A stretch of DNA of 64,000 nt from an uncultured Planctomycetaceae bacterium (GTDB lineage Bacteria; Planctomycetota; Planctomycetia; Planctomycetales; Planctomycetaceae). The number at the start of each line of letters is the position of its first letter. The stretch's first letter is position 1. The notes below the pieces were generated by a model. The model was not told where the DNA came from. It was given only the letters and a program-made list of their open reading frames with translations, and made no database searches. The translations under genes and the position numbers were made by a program. Where the stretch lies: the NCBI GenBank assembly GCA_963976765.1, contig CAXBME010000025.1, positions 62,001 to 126,000 on the forward strand, in the 5' to 3' direction. Below are positions 19,946 through 29,402 of this stretch, one piece after another.

Positions 19946-21565
19946 ATGACTTCATTCGGGACACTCCTCAACAACCTGATCGACGAAACGGTGCAGACTT
20001 CGCTCTGTCACTTTGCGCCGGAGCTCGCGCTGAGTATCACGATCGTTCTGCTGTTGCTGTTGCGTTTGTTTGGCGCTGTCGACCGCTGGATTCCTCCGTA
20101 CTTCACAACGCTCATCGGAGCGCTGATCGCTCTTGGTCTCTGCGGAACGCAACTGCTTGACTTGCTGAAAGAGGCTCAGGAGCCGGGTGAGTTCTTCACT
20201 GGACTACTGGTCTTCGACCATTTTGGAGCATTCGTTCGAGGACTGCTGGCACTGTTTCTAGTGCTCGTGGTGGCCCTGACCGTGCTTACGGGAATTCCGG
20301 ACCGTGAAGATGGACCAGACTTCTACACGCTCATGCTTGGTGCAACGGTTGGCATGATGATCATGGCTTCTGCCAACCATATGCTGATGTTTTTCGTCGG
20401 AATCGAGATGGCCAGTGTCCCTGGTTACGCGATGGTTGCATTTCTTAAAGGGAACCGGAAGAGTAGCGAAGCCGCCTTCAAGTACGTGGTTTATGGAGCC
20501 GGTGCCGCTGGTGTCATGCTTTACGGCATCAGCCTTCTGACTGGTATTCTTGGCACGGCGAGTCTGCCGGATCTGGCCAGTCACCTGGCCATCGTTCTTG
20601 GTGACGCTGGTGGAGCCGGCACGGCTGAAGGACGAACGGTGCTGTTTGCAGTCCTTATGGTCCTGGTTGGACTGGCATTTAAGCTGTCACTCGTGCCGTT
20701 TCATTTCTGGTGCCCGGACGTTTTCGAAGGTGCGTCTGCTGAAGTTGCTGCCTTTCTGTCGGTCGCCTCTAAGGGGGCTGCATTTGCGCTTCTCGTACGA
20801 TTCTGCCTGGCACTGGTCGGCGATAATCCAGATGCATATCCGGAATTCACAACTGGAATCGGCCTTGGGCTGGGAGCAATTGCCGCCGTCACGGTGACAT
20901 TTGGAAATCTGGCCGCCTACTCGCAGACTAATGTCAAGCGCCTGCTGGCTTACTCAACGATTGCTCACGCTGGCTTCATGCTGATGGCTGTGTCTGCCTT
21001 GATGGTGGTTATGTCAAAGGGTTCTTCTGTTGAAGGCTTTGACGTCGCAGAGGCCAGCCGAATGTGTATCGAAGGGTTGCTTTTCTACCTCTTCGTTTAC
21101 CTGTTCATGAATCTGGGAGCCTTTGCGGTCATCGCGTTGCTGCGAAATCAGACATTCAGTGAAGAACTGGATTCTTTCAACGGAGTTGGCTGGCAAGCAC
21201 CGGCCTTGTGCACCTGCATGGTCCTCTGTGTTTTCAGCCTTGTCGGACTTCCACCGTTGGGGGGATTCTGGGGCAAGCTTGTGATCTTCATGTCGCTCTT
21301 CAACATCGCCAGCAACGTCCACTGGTTCATGTGGGTGCTGCTGGTTGTCGGCGGTGCGAACACAGTCTTCAGTCTCTTCTACTACATACGAATTCTGAAG
21401 GCGATGTTCATGAAAGAACCATTGGAAGGTGCTCGGACCGTCGATGTGCCATCGACGATTGGTAACTACGCTTTGTTAATTGCACTGCCAGTGTTGTTGC
21501 TAGGTCTTTTTCCAACGTGGACAACCAGTCTGGCTCACGGAGTCGCCACCTGGCTGATTCCGTAA
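19946..21565 (+). CDS. nuoN: NADH-quinone oxidoreductase subunit N
   Basis: SSEAAFKY, GLAFKLS.VPFHFW.PDV.EGA, QTNVKRLLAYSTIAHAG, SL.GLPP.GGF.GK, SL.YY.R. Confidence 0.96.
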   Translation: MTSFGTLLNNLIDETVQTSLCHFAPELALSITIVLLLLLRLFGAVDRWIPPYFTTLIGALIALGLCGTQLLDLLKEAQEPGEFFTGLLVFDHFGAFVRGLLALFLVLVVALTVLTGIPDREDGPDFYTLMLGATVGMMIMASANHMLMFFVGIEMASVPGYAMVAFLKGNRKSSEAAFKYVVYGAGAAGVMLYGISLLTGILGTASLPDLASHLAIVLGDAGGAGTAEGRTVLFAVLMVLVGLAFKLSLVPFHFWCPDVFEGASAEVAAFLSVASKGAAFALLVRFCLALVGDNPDAYPEFTTGIGLGLGAIAAVTVTFGNLAAYSQTNVKRLLAYSTIAHAGFMLMAVSALMVVMSKGSSVEGFDVAEASRMCIEGLLFYLFVYLFMNLGAFAVIALLRNQTFSEELDSFNGVGWQAPALCTCMVLCVFSLVGLPPLGGFWGKLVIFMSLFNIASNVHWFMWVLLVVGGANTVFSLFYYIRILKAMFMKEPLEGARTVDVPSTIGNYALLIALPVLLLGLFPTWTTSLAHGVATWLIP

Positions 21566-21670
21566 GACAAGTTCGAATTCTGTTGTCGTTACCCCAAAAC
21601 AAGCGCCAGTTCAGCTTTGAGCAAACCAAAGGCAAACTGTTCGAGAAGTTCCGGAGTCTGGTTTCCAGCT

Positions 21671-22084
21671 ATGAGTGATCAAGCGAGTCTGCAGATTCTG
21701 AATGACCTGCTGAACCGGGTTCGGTACAGTCTGCTCCAGTACATTGGTGAGAGCTGGCCGTGGACAGGCAAAGCCGAGCAGGCTCGGAACGAGGCGTTCA
21801 TGGGCCTGGTTCGTCGGCAGCAATTCAGCGCAGAACGACTTGCATCGTTTCTGCTGGACCGTCGAGCGGTTGTGTCGGGTGCGAATTATCCGAGGGATTG
21901 CTCCGAGTTGCATTTTGTGACGCTTGATTTCGCGAAGAAGCGTCTTGTCGAAAATGGAACCGAAGTAGTCGCTGCTTTCAAAGACGCTGCCTCGAAGCTA
22001 TCTGACGATCCCGAAGCCCTCCGTCTCGTCGAGCAGCTGGCCAGCGATGAGGAACAGACGCTGGAAAGTTTGAAGTCGCTCTAA
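21671..22084 (+). CDS. Hypothetical helical (possibly ferritin-like) protein
   Basis: ORF between nuoN and tatD containing SLLQY..E.WPW; helical, acidic C-terminus. Confidence 0.6.
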   Translation: MSDQASLQILNDLLNRVRYSLLQYIGESWPWTGKAEQARNEAFMGLVRRQQFSAERLASFLLDRRAVVSGANYPRDCSELHFVTLDFAKKRLVENGTEVVAAFKDAASKLSDDPEALRLVEQLASDEEQTLESLKSL

Positions 22085-22199
22085 CGGTTGTTAGTGTCGT
22101 ACTTGAGTCTTGAAGTCGTTGGGCTTTGCCGACGTCTCGGCGTTGCTTTTGCCTGGCGTTTGTGAAGTTGCATTTGTCGTCTTGAGCAGGACTTTCGTT

Positions 22200-22982
22200 A
22201 TGCAACTGATCGACACGCACTGTCACCTCGACGAAGATTCCTTTGCAGAAGATATTGAATCAGTCGTCCAGAATGCGATTGATCATGGCGTCGCCGCCAT
22301 CGTCACAATCGGCACCGATGCGAATAGCAGCCGTCGTTCAGTCGAACTCGCAGAACGTTTCCCGACTGTTTACGCAGTCGTCGGAATTCACCCCAACTAC
22401 ACAGCGGCTGCGGTCGCAGGCGATTGGGACGTCATCGAGGAACTTGCAGAACACGATCAGGTTGTCGCCATCGGCGAGACCGGGCTGGACCGGTATTGGG
22501 ACTACGCTCCGCCAGAGCTGCAACGCGACTACTTTCTTCGTCATCTTGCGTTGTCGCGAAGAATCGCCAAACCATTTGTCGTTCATTGCCGTGACGCTGA
22601 TGACGAAGTCCGTCAGATGTTGCGGAAAGACGCCGAAAAGGGAACGTTGAATGGAGTCATGCATTCGTTCTGCCAGACAGCCGAGTCTGCGGAAGAATGC
22701 CTGGCGATGGGGATGCACCTTTCCTTTACCGGGATGCTGACCTTCAAACGCAACGACGAGCTTCGTGCGATTACAGGCGGACTGCCGAAGGACCGAGTCT
22801 TTGTCGAAACCGACGCTCCGTATCTGGCTCCCGTTCCTTATCGTGGAAAACGGAACGAGCCCGCTTACGTCCAGCACACGCTCAACAGCCTCGCCGAAGC
22901 TCACGGTCTGCAACCGACCGAAATGGCAGAGATAACCACCGCGAATGCCTGCCGATTCTTTGATATCGAGTTGCCGGACTAA
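22200..22982 (+). CDS. TatD family hydrolase
   Basis: LIDTHCHL, GIHP, AIGETGLD, VHCRDA, GVMHSF, ETDAPYLAP.PYRGKRNEP. Confidence 0.95.
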   Translation: MQLIDTHCHLDEDSFAEDIESVVQNAIDHGVAAIVTIGTDANSSRRSVELAERFPTVYAVVGIHPNYTAAAVAGDWDVIEELAEHDQVVAIGETGLDRYWDYAPPELQRDYFLRHLALSRRIAKPFVVHCRDADDEVRQMLRKDAEKGTLNGVMHSFCQTAESAEECLAMGMHLSFTGMLTFKRNDELRAITGGLPKDRVFVETDAPYLAPVPYRGKRNEPAYVQHTLNSLAEAHGLQPTEMAEITTANACRFFDIELPD

Positions 22983-23175
22983 GCAAGGTGTCGCTGCGGC
23001 CCTTCACTCGCTGGTGCTTCGCGCTGGTTATGAGTTCCTCTTTTGAGCCTGCGGGCGGTATAAGGATTGTCCATTGCTTTCCTGAACGTGGGAAACGGTT
23101 GCACGGTCCAGCAGGTCACATCGTGATCGGCGCTGCTCGACAGACCTCAACTCCGTAGTTCTGAAAGACACTTAC

Positions 23176-24723
23176 ATGGAACAGAAGCCGGTCTCGCATC
23201 TGTTGACGATTGCATTGACAGCTTTGGCAATCGCCTTTTCTTCAAGCAGCAACGCTGCAGGCAATCCACTTATCACCGTTGAGTCCGGCGACCTGCCGAT
23301 CATCCTTTCGGCACCGCACGGTGGCCGTGAAGCCATCCCCGGTGTGCCCGAACGTCGCGGAACTGAAATCAAATCGTTCGTTTCCAGATCAGACATCAAC
23401 ACAGACAAGTTAACTGAACTACTGGCTGATGCTTTAGAGAAGGAGTCTGGCAAACGGCCTTACGTGGTGATCGCCCGCTTTCACCGTAAGTACGTCGATG
23501 CAAACCGCCGCAGCCACGCGGCCTATGAGTCCGACGAGGCAAGTGCGGTTTACGACGCTTACCACAGCGAACTTGCAGGAGCGCGACGTGAAGTCATTGA
23601 ACGCTGGGGACGTGGAGTTCTGCTGGACATTCACGGGCAAAGTGCTGACAAGAAGGCAATCATCCGAGGTACTCAGAACGGCAAGACAACCAGGCACCTG
23701 ATCAATCGATTCGGTCGCCAGTCGCTGGTCGGTCAGACAAGCCTGTTCGGGCAACTGGCCAGGCAGGGCTTCCCGGTGATCCCTGCTGTCGACTCGGACG
23801 ATGCTGAGCACGTCAACTATGACGGCGGTCATATCGTCGTCACTTATGGAAGTGCTTCCAATGGAACGCTCGACGCTATCCAGTTGGAGGTGGGGAAAGA
23901 CCTGCGTTCAACTGAGGCACTTACGTCGACGGTCAACAGGCTGGCGAAGGCAACGACAGCCTTTGCAAAAGAGTATCTCCCGACTCGCGAACGCAGCACA
24001 CAAACCAGCATCAAACCCAAACTTCCGGGCAAAGTGCATGTCGGTGTTTATGTCGATGACGGAGTCGGCAGAAGCGTGAATGATCTCCTGAATGCTCTCA
24101 GCAGGTTTGAGGAAGTTTCTGTCACGAAACTGACCGCCGAAGAAATTCGGTCCGGGATGCTTTCTAACCTGGACATTCTGATTCAGCCTGGCGGAAGTGG
24201 TGGCACCCAGGGACGACATTTGGCCACAGCAGGACGGGAAGAGATTCGCGGATTTGTCCGCCGCGGTGGCGGTTTCATCGGAATTTGCGCAGGAGCCTAT
24301 CTGGCTTCGGCGGATTATGAATGGTCACTCAATATCCTCGATGCAAAAGTCGTCGATCGGAAGCACTGGGCTCGCGGACGCGGAGCGGTCGAGATCGCTG
24401 TCACCGATGCCGGAAAGCAGCTTCTCAAGACAACGAATCAGAAACTGGAAATTCACTACGCACAGGGACCGCTACTGGCCCCCGGCAACCGACCGGACAT
24501 TGACGATTACGAAGTGATCGCCACTTTCGAAACAGAAATCGCGAAGAACGGAGCACCTGAAGGCGTCATGAAGGGAACGACAGCAATCGCTCTCGGGCAG
24601 TATGGCCGTGGACGTGTCATCTGCTTCAGCCCGCATCCGGAATTGACGAAGGGGCTCGAACCACTGGTGCAATTTGCGATCGACCATGTCCGGCGGAATT
24701 CGCCCGCTCAGAATTCGCGGTAG
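23176..24723 (+). CDS. Secreted N-formylglutamate amidohydrolase-like + BPL-N (GATase-like) fusion protein
   Basis: Signal peptide; ILSAPHGG, RKYVDANR, LLDIHGQ, DAIQLE; then VGVYVD.G, PGGSG, GFIGICAGAYLA, FSPHPE. Confidence 0.78.
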   Translation: MEQKPVSHLLTIALTALAIAFSSSSNAAGNPLITVESGDLPIILSAPHGGREAIPGVPERRGTEIKSFVSRSDINTDKLTELLADALEKESGKRPYVVIARFHRKYVDANRRSHAAYESDEASAVYDAYHSELAGARREVIERWGRGVLLDIHGQSADKKAIIRGTQNGKTTRHLINRFGRQSLVGQTSLFGQLARQGFPVIPAVDSDDAEHVNYDGGHIVVTYGSASNGTLDAIQLEVGKDLRSTEALTSTVNRLAKATTAFAKEYLPTRERSTQTSIKPKLPGKVHVGVYVDDGVGRSVNDLLNALSRFEEVSVTKLTAEEIRSGMLSNLDILIQPGGSGGTQGRHLATAGREEIRGFVRRGGGFIGICAGAYLASADYEWSLNILDAKVVDRKHWARGRGAVEIAVTDAGKQLLKTTNQKLEIHYAQGPLLAPGNRPDIDDYEVIATFETEIAKNGAPEGVMKGTTAIALGQYGRGRVICFSPHPELTKGLEPLVQFAIDHVRRNSPAQNSR

Positions 24724-24733
24724 GGGCCATTTC

Positions 24734-25186
24734 ATGAATAAGGCTTTTACTCGCGAACCCGACTCGGACGGCCGTGTGTACTGCCCGCGATGCAGAACGC
24801 TCGGTATTCCCGTCATCAGAACGACGCTCGACCACCATGTGAATGAGCCGTTGCGGCAAGGTCTGGGAGATGCCGCCTGGTTCTGCGATTTTGCTCGATG
24901 CGACGTCGTCTACTTTGACCAGTTTGATCGAAGTGTGACGATCGACGAGTTGCAGTCTTCGATCTATCCGAAAGATCCCGCCGCCCCGATCTGCGCGTGC
25001 TTTGGATTTACTCTGGAAGACATTGAAGCTGACGTGGAACAGGGAACGCCAGAACGGATTCGGGAACTGCTGGCGAAATCGCAGTCCAGCAACGCTCAAT
25101 GTCAGACGCTCGCGGCGGACGGTCGATGCTGCATGCGCGAAGTCCAGCGAATCTATATGAAGCGTCTCGCCGAACTCAAACAATGA
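24734..25186 (+). CDS. CopZ N-terminal-like Zn/[2Fe-2S] protein
   Basis: CPRC…FC….CDVVYF…PIC.CFG.T…C….G.CC cysteine pattern. Confidence 0.75.
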   Translation: MNKAFTREPDSDGRVYCPRCRTLGIPVIRTTLDHHVNEPLRQGLGDAAWFCDFARCDVVYFDQFDRSVTIDELQSSIYPKDPAAPICACFGFTLEDIEADVEQGTPERIRELLAKSQSSNAQCQTLAADGRCCMREVQRIYMKRLAELKQ

Positions 25187-25312
25187 TGCCGCGCCCACAA
25201 ACAACCGCCCGGCTGGCTTATTTCCGCTGCTTCCAGCGGGTCGTTCAGCGAAACGACTCTTCATCATTTGAACGAGTAACTCGCGCTCTGTTTCAGTGTT
25301 CAATTGGACCAG

Positions 25313-26068
25313 TCAGTCGTTCAACCGACGAAGGATGTCGAGAACGCCGTCAATTTCCGGGTGAGGCGAAATGTAGTTGGCAAATTGCTGAATCTCAGGC
25401 TCGGCGTTGGCAGGACAGGCAAAGAAGCTCACGCTGTCGGCCATGAACTTGTCGCCCATCGTGTCACCGATCGCCGCAGTTCTGGAGCGATCGATACCTG
25501 TTTCAGCAAACAGTCGATCGATGCCCGTCGCTTTGTTGACGTGAGTCAGATCGCAATTGATATAGAACCAGGTCATCGAAACTCGAAATGGCCATCCTTG
25601 ACCTGTCAGTTCTGCGTTCACGGCAGGCAGAATCGATCGCAGGTAGGCTGTGTCAGGATGGTAAAGGGTCACTGCCGCAGACTTGCCCGGTTGCTCGATG
25701 ACGCCCTTCGCCTGGTACCTGTCGCGAAGCAGTCTGGACGCGGCATGCACGGCATCGAGATGTTCGGCGGTGATTGCCGGATCCATTGCGAACTTATTCA
25801 CGTCCGGAGAGTACAGCCAGACGCCGTTTTCACCGATGCACGGAACGAGCGTGTTGTGAATAAATCGGCACATCGCCTCGACAAACGAAATTGGTCGCCC
25901 ACTGCACAGCGTCACGAGTGGGCGATCTTTTTGTGCGACTGCCCGACGATTGTGATCAGCGATTTTCGAAAGTGCGGCGTCATTGATCGGAGCGTGAGAC
26001 TCCGGCGACAGGCAGCCGTCAATGTCACAAATGACGAGGTCATACTTTCCCGTGGATCGAAAACTCAT
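25313..26068 (-). CDS. HAD-superfamily hydrolase (Cof/phosphoglycolate phosphatase-like)
   Basis: DIDGCL motif I, LCSGR motif II, NKATG, AIGDT.GD motif IV, PANA. Confidence 0.88.
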   Translation of the reverse strand: MSFRSTGKYDLVICDIDGCLSPESHAPINDAALSKIADHNRRAVAQKDRPLVTLCSGRPISFVEAMCRFIHNTLVPCIGENGVWLYSPDVNKFAMDPAITAEHLDAVHAASRLLRDRYQAKGVIEQPGKSAAVTLYHPDTAYLRSILPAVNAELTGQGWPFRVSMTWFYINCDLTHVNKATGIDRLFAETGIDRSRTAAIGDTMGDKFMADSVSFFACPANAEPEIQQFANYISPHPEIDGVLDILRRLND

Positions 26069-26087
26069 GAATTATTCGCGGAGCTTC

Positions 26088-26987
26088 TCACGACAGGCGA
26101 TCGCGAGCCGTTTCCAGAGCCTTTCGTGATGCGTTCAGACCTTCGAAGCCCCCATGTTCGATGCCGCAGTAGCCGTGAAAGCCAGCATCAAGCACAACTT
26201 TCAGCATGCGGTCGTAGTCGAGCGGTGACTGCCGGCCTTTGTCATCCCACACGACACCCTTTACTGACACTCCCTTCGCCCACGGCATCAGCTTTCTGAC
26301 CCCACGATACGAGTCGTAAGATTCGTCGTCCTTGATTCTGAAATTGCCGAAGTCGGGCAGCGTGCCGCATCGCTCGTGGTTCACTGACGTGATGACTTCC
26401 GCAAGCCAGTCAGCGTTGCTGGAGAGGCCTCCATGGTTTTCGACGATAACGTTCAGCCCCTGCTCGGCACCGAATTCCGTCAGTTTCGCAAGTCCATCCG
26501 CAGCGAGCTTGACCTGCTCGTCCCAGGTACCAGCGCTAGCCGCATTGACCCTGATTGAATGGCATCCAAGAAACTTCGCAGCGTCGATCCATTTACGATG
26601 ATTGTCGACCGTCTTCATCCGCTGTGCAGTGTCGGGATGACCGATGTTCCCCTCGCGGTCGCACATGATGAGCAGACTCTTGACGCCCAAATCTGCCGCA
26701 CGCATTTTCATTTCGCCGAGATAGACTTTGTCGGTGGCCTTATCCATGAAGAACTGATTGACGTACTCGACCGCGAAGATTCCATGATCCGACGCGACTT
26801 TCGCGAAATCGAGATTGTCGATCTTGCCGGACTTCAATTCACGATTGATTGTCCACTGAGCCAGCGAAATCTCAAATGCGGGCTTCTTCCTGTCTGCAGC
26901 CATCGACGTCGAACCAACGCACAGTGTTGCGGCAGCAAGTCCGGACCGGGCAAGGAACTGTCGGCGCGTCGAGCTTGAAGAAATCAT
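26088..26987 (-). CDS. Tat-exported sugar phosphate isomerase/epimerase (xylose isomerase-like TIM barrel)
   Basis: STRRQFL Tat motif; ISLAQW, VENHGGLSS, LPDFGNF, GIE. Confidence 0.88.
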   Translation of the reverse strand: MISSSSTRRQFLARSGLAAATLCVGSTSMAADRKKPAFEISLAQWTINRELKSGKIDNLDFAKVASDHGIFAVEYVNQFFMDKATDKVYLGEMKMRAADLGVKSLLIMCDREGNIGHPDTAQRMKTVDNHRKWIDAAKFLGCHSIRVNAASAGTWDEQVKLAADGLAKLTEFGAEQGLNVIVENHGGLSSNADWLAEVITSVNHERCGTLPDFGNFRIKDDESYDSYRGVRKLMPWAKGVSVKGVVWDDKGRQSPLDYDRMLKVVLDAGFHGYCGIEHGGFEGLNASRKALETARDRLS

Positions 26988-27178
26988 CGGTCTCGCTTCC
27001 TGAAGTCAGCGCCGAGGGAACTCCGTGGGTACTCTGCCAGGAATTCGATCAACGCGAAATGAAAAGGGAATATGTTGAGTGGGGATTGCCGGTAGATCGG
27101 ACCGGGTGAACATCAAAATTGCAAACGAGTCTCTGCAACATGGAGTCGATCCACGAATCAACAGCCCATCAATGAAGG

Positions 27179-28153
27179 TCAGCTCTTCAGATGGAAATAG
27201 CTGTGGATGTGAGGCTGGCCGCGGAAGTACCAGACCATCTCAGGACCTTCGATCTGCCAGGTATCCCAGACTTTGTCTGAACCGATATCGTACTTACCGT
27301 CGTACCAGGAGACGTGGAGTCGGTCGAGCACGCCCTTCTGCTCGATGGTGGCCATCGTGGCGGTGACGTCGTCTTCCCGAAAGATGGTCATCATCCTACC
27401 CATCGTCTCAGCGAGTAGTTTCTTCTGATCGGCGCTGAGGTCAGAACAGTTCAGGCCAGGCCAACTCGACACATCCTTCTTTAAGACGGCGTCGGACTTT
27501 TCGCTGCGTGGATTTTTTGAAACCAGACCCTGCTCCTGCTGCCTGCTGTTCAGAGCCTGAACGAACTCGTTGAAGAGTTTTCCCTGGTACCAGTACGGGT
27601 TACCAGGATGGTCCTTCGTTTCATTAAATTTGTCAGGGAAGTGACCGTAGAAGATGGGAGCGCCGCCGAACCCCTTGCCCACATCACTGTGAGCATTGCA
27701 GCGTCGCGTCACGTGGTGGCCAGTGTAAATGAACTCGAAGTCTTTGTCCTCAGGAGTCCCGAAGAAGCCGACCGAAGGTGCATTCTTAACGGCACCGTAC
27801 TGATCGATTTCGACCTGCTTGTTTACCGCAGCCTGAAACTCGGGCCGATGGAGCGAATCAAAAATCTTCTGGATCAGTTCCTGCTGCTCATCACCGAACG
27901 TGCCCGGAATGCGATGTTCCGGGTGGATGTACCACCAGTTACTGATGAACTGCCGCCGCTCATGATTAGCCGGCAAACAGATTTTCTGTCGCTGTTCGTC
28001 GCTGAGGCTTTTGTAAAGCTGCATCGGTAGCGAGTCGGTTTTTGAATCATCCGCCAACGTAATTCCCGGAAAATTTTCCAGCGGATTCATGGCCAGCAAA
28101 GCAGCCGATGCGGAAGCTGTTCTAAGCAGGGTTCGGCGACTGATTTCGCTCAT
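27179..28153 (-). CDS. Tat-exported DUF3500-like protein
   Basis: SRRTLL Tat motif; FFGTP…F..TGHHVT, GAPIFYG, WQIEGP…HIH. Confidence 0.7.
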   Translation of the reverse strand: MSEISRRTLLRTASASAALLAMNPLENFPGITLADDSKTDSLPMQLYKSLSDEQRQKICLPANHERRQFISNWWYIHPEHRIPGTFGDEQQELIQKIFDSLHRPEFQAAVNKQVEIDQYGAVKNAPSVGFFGTPEDKDFEFIYTGHHVTRRCNAHSDVGKGFGGAPIFYGHFPDKFNETKDHPGNPYWYQGKLFNEFVQALNSRQQEQGLVSKNPRSEKSDAVLKKDVSSWPGLNCSDLSADQKKLLAETMGRMMTIFREDDVTATMATIEQKGVLDRLHVSWYDGKYDIGSDKVWDTWQIEGPEMVWYFRGQPHIHSYFHLKS

Positions 28154-28410
28154 CGTGACGACTCTCCATCCAGGAAAATTGAATACGGCGACATTTCAGG
28201 AAACGCTACAGATCGACGCACTTATTCGGGCATGAATCATTTCAACAAGTCTGTCGGCAAGAGTCCATGTCGAGAACATGGCCGGGCTGGCGAATTACCC
28301 CTTGGCAGTTGCATTCCTGACGACCCAATGAGAAGGTTGGACGCCAGACGAATCGTTCATGCCAGGTGAGCTTTCAAAGTCAACCAATCCTTCAACACGG
28401 AGACTTCCAG

Positions 28411-29295
28411 ATGCAGCGTCTTATCCCTGTTCTTGCCTTGCTTCTTGTCAGCCAGCAATGTCGAGCTGACGAACTGAAGCAAATGCTCAACGTGCCGTAC
28501 GGCAGCCACGAACGACAGGTTCTCGACTTTTATCCGGCGAAATCGGACACCCCAATGCCAGTTGTGTTTTACATTCACGGTGGGGGTTGGAGGGGCGGAG
28601 ACAAGAAGACAAACCCCAAGGCGTTTCTGGACAAAGGCATTTCCGTTGTCGCCATCAACTATCGCTACGTTCAGAACGCCGCTGCGGACAAGGTTGAGCC
28701 GCCAGTCAAAGCGCCTTTGAGCGACGCGGCTCGCGCGCTTCAGTTTGTTCGCTCGAAGGCTGCCGATTGGAATCTCGACAAGAAACGCATCGGAGCGACC
28801 GGCGGCTCAGCCGGTGCGTGTTCGTCGTTGTGGCTCTCTTTCCATGACGATCTGGCCGACCCGAAGAGCGACGATCCAATCGCTCGAGAGTCAACGCGAC
28901 TTTATTGCGCGGCTGTTAACGGAGCACAGGTTTCGCTCGATCCGAAAGAACTTCGCGAATGGATGCCCAACTACGGTTACGGTGCACACGCCTTCGGCCT
29001 GCCGAACTTTCAAAGCCTGATCGACAACCGCGAAAAGGTTCTGCCGCTGATTCATGAATACTCACCGATCGAGCATGTCTCAAAAGACGACCCACCAATC
29101 GCGATGTTCTACGGTGGGGAAGTGCCCGTCGTCGGAGCGTCACCCAAAGACCCAACGCACTCCGGCATCATGGGTGTCAAGCTGGAAGAGCGACTGAAAG
29201 CTTCCGGTGTTGACGTCGTCCTCGTCCATCCGGGCCGCAAACATCCAGACTATCGAAACTCGACAGACTATTTGATCGACCGTCTGCTCAAGTAA
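28411..29295 (+). CDS. Secreted alpha/beta hydrolase (esterase/lipase)
   Basis: Signal peptide, YIHGGGW, INYR, GGSAGA nucleophile elbow, DDPP. Confidence 0.9.
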   Translation: MQRLIPVLALLLVSQQCRADELKQMLNVPYGSHERQVLDFYPAKSDTPMPVVFYIHGGGWRGGDKKTNPKAFLDKGISVVAINYRYVQNAAADKVEPPVKAPLSDAARALQFVRSKAADWNLDKKRIGATGGSAGACSSLWLSFHDDLADPKSDDPIARESTRLYCAAVNGAQVSLDPKELREWMPNYGYGAHAFGLPNFQSLIDNREKVLPLIHEYSPIEHVSKDDPPIAMFYGGEVPVVGASPKDPTHSGIMGVKLEERLKASGVDVVLVHPGRKHPDYRNSTDYLIDRLLK

Positions 29296-29402
29296 TCACC
29301 GACGCGGTGAATTTTTCACGGGCAACTCGATGCCCTGACTTCATGTGGATGGTATCGACTGGTAAGACGTACGATCGCCGTTGGCCGTGAGGGATTGAAT
29401 GC

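Noticed and set aside
25304..26299. 331-aa plus-strand ORF
   Set aside because: Antisense shadow of the HAD hydrolase and isomerase genes.
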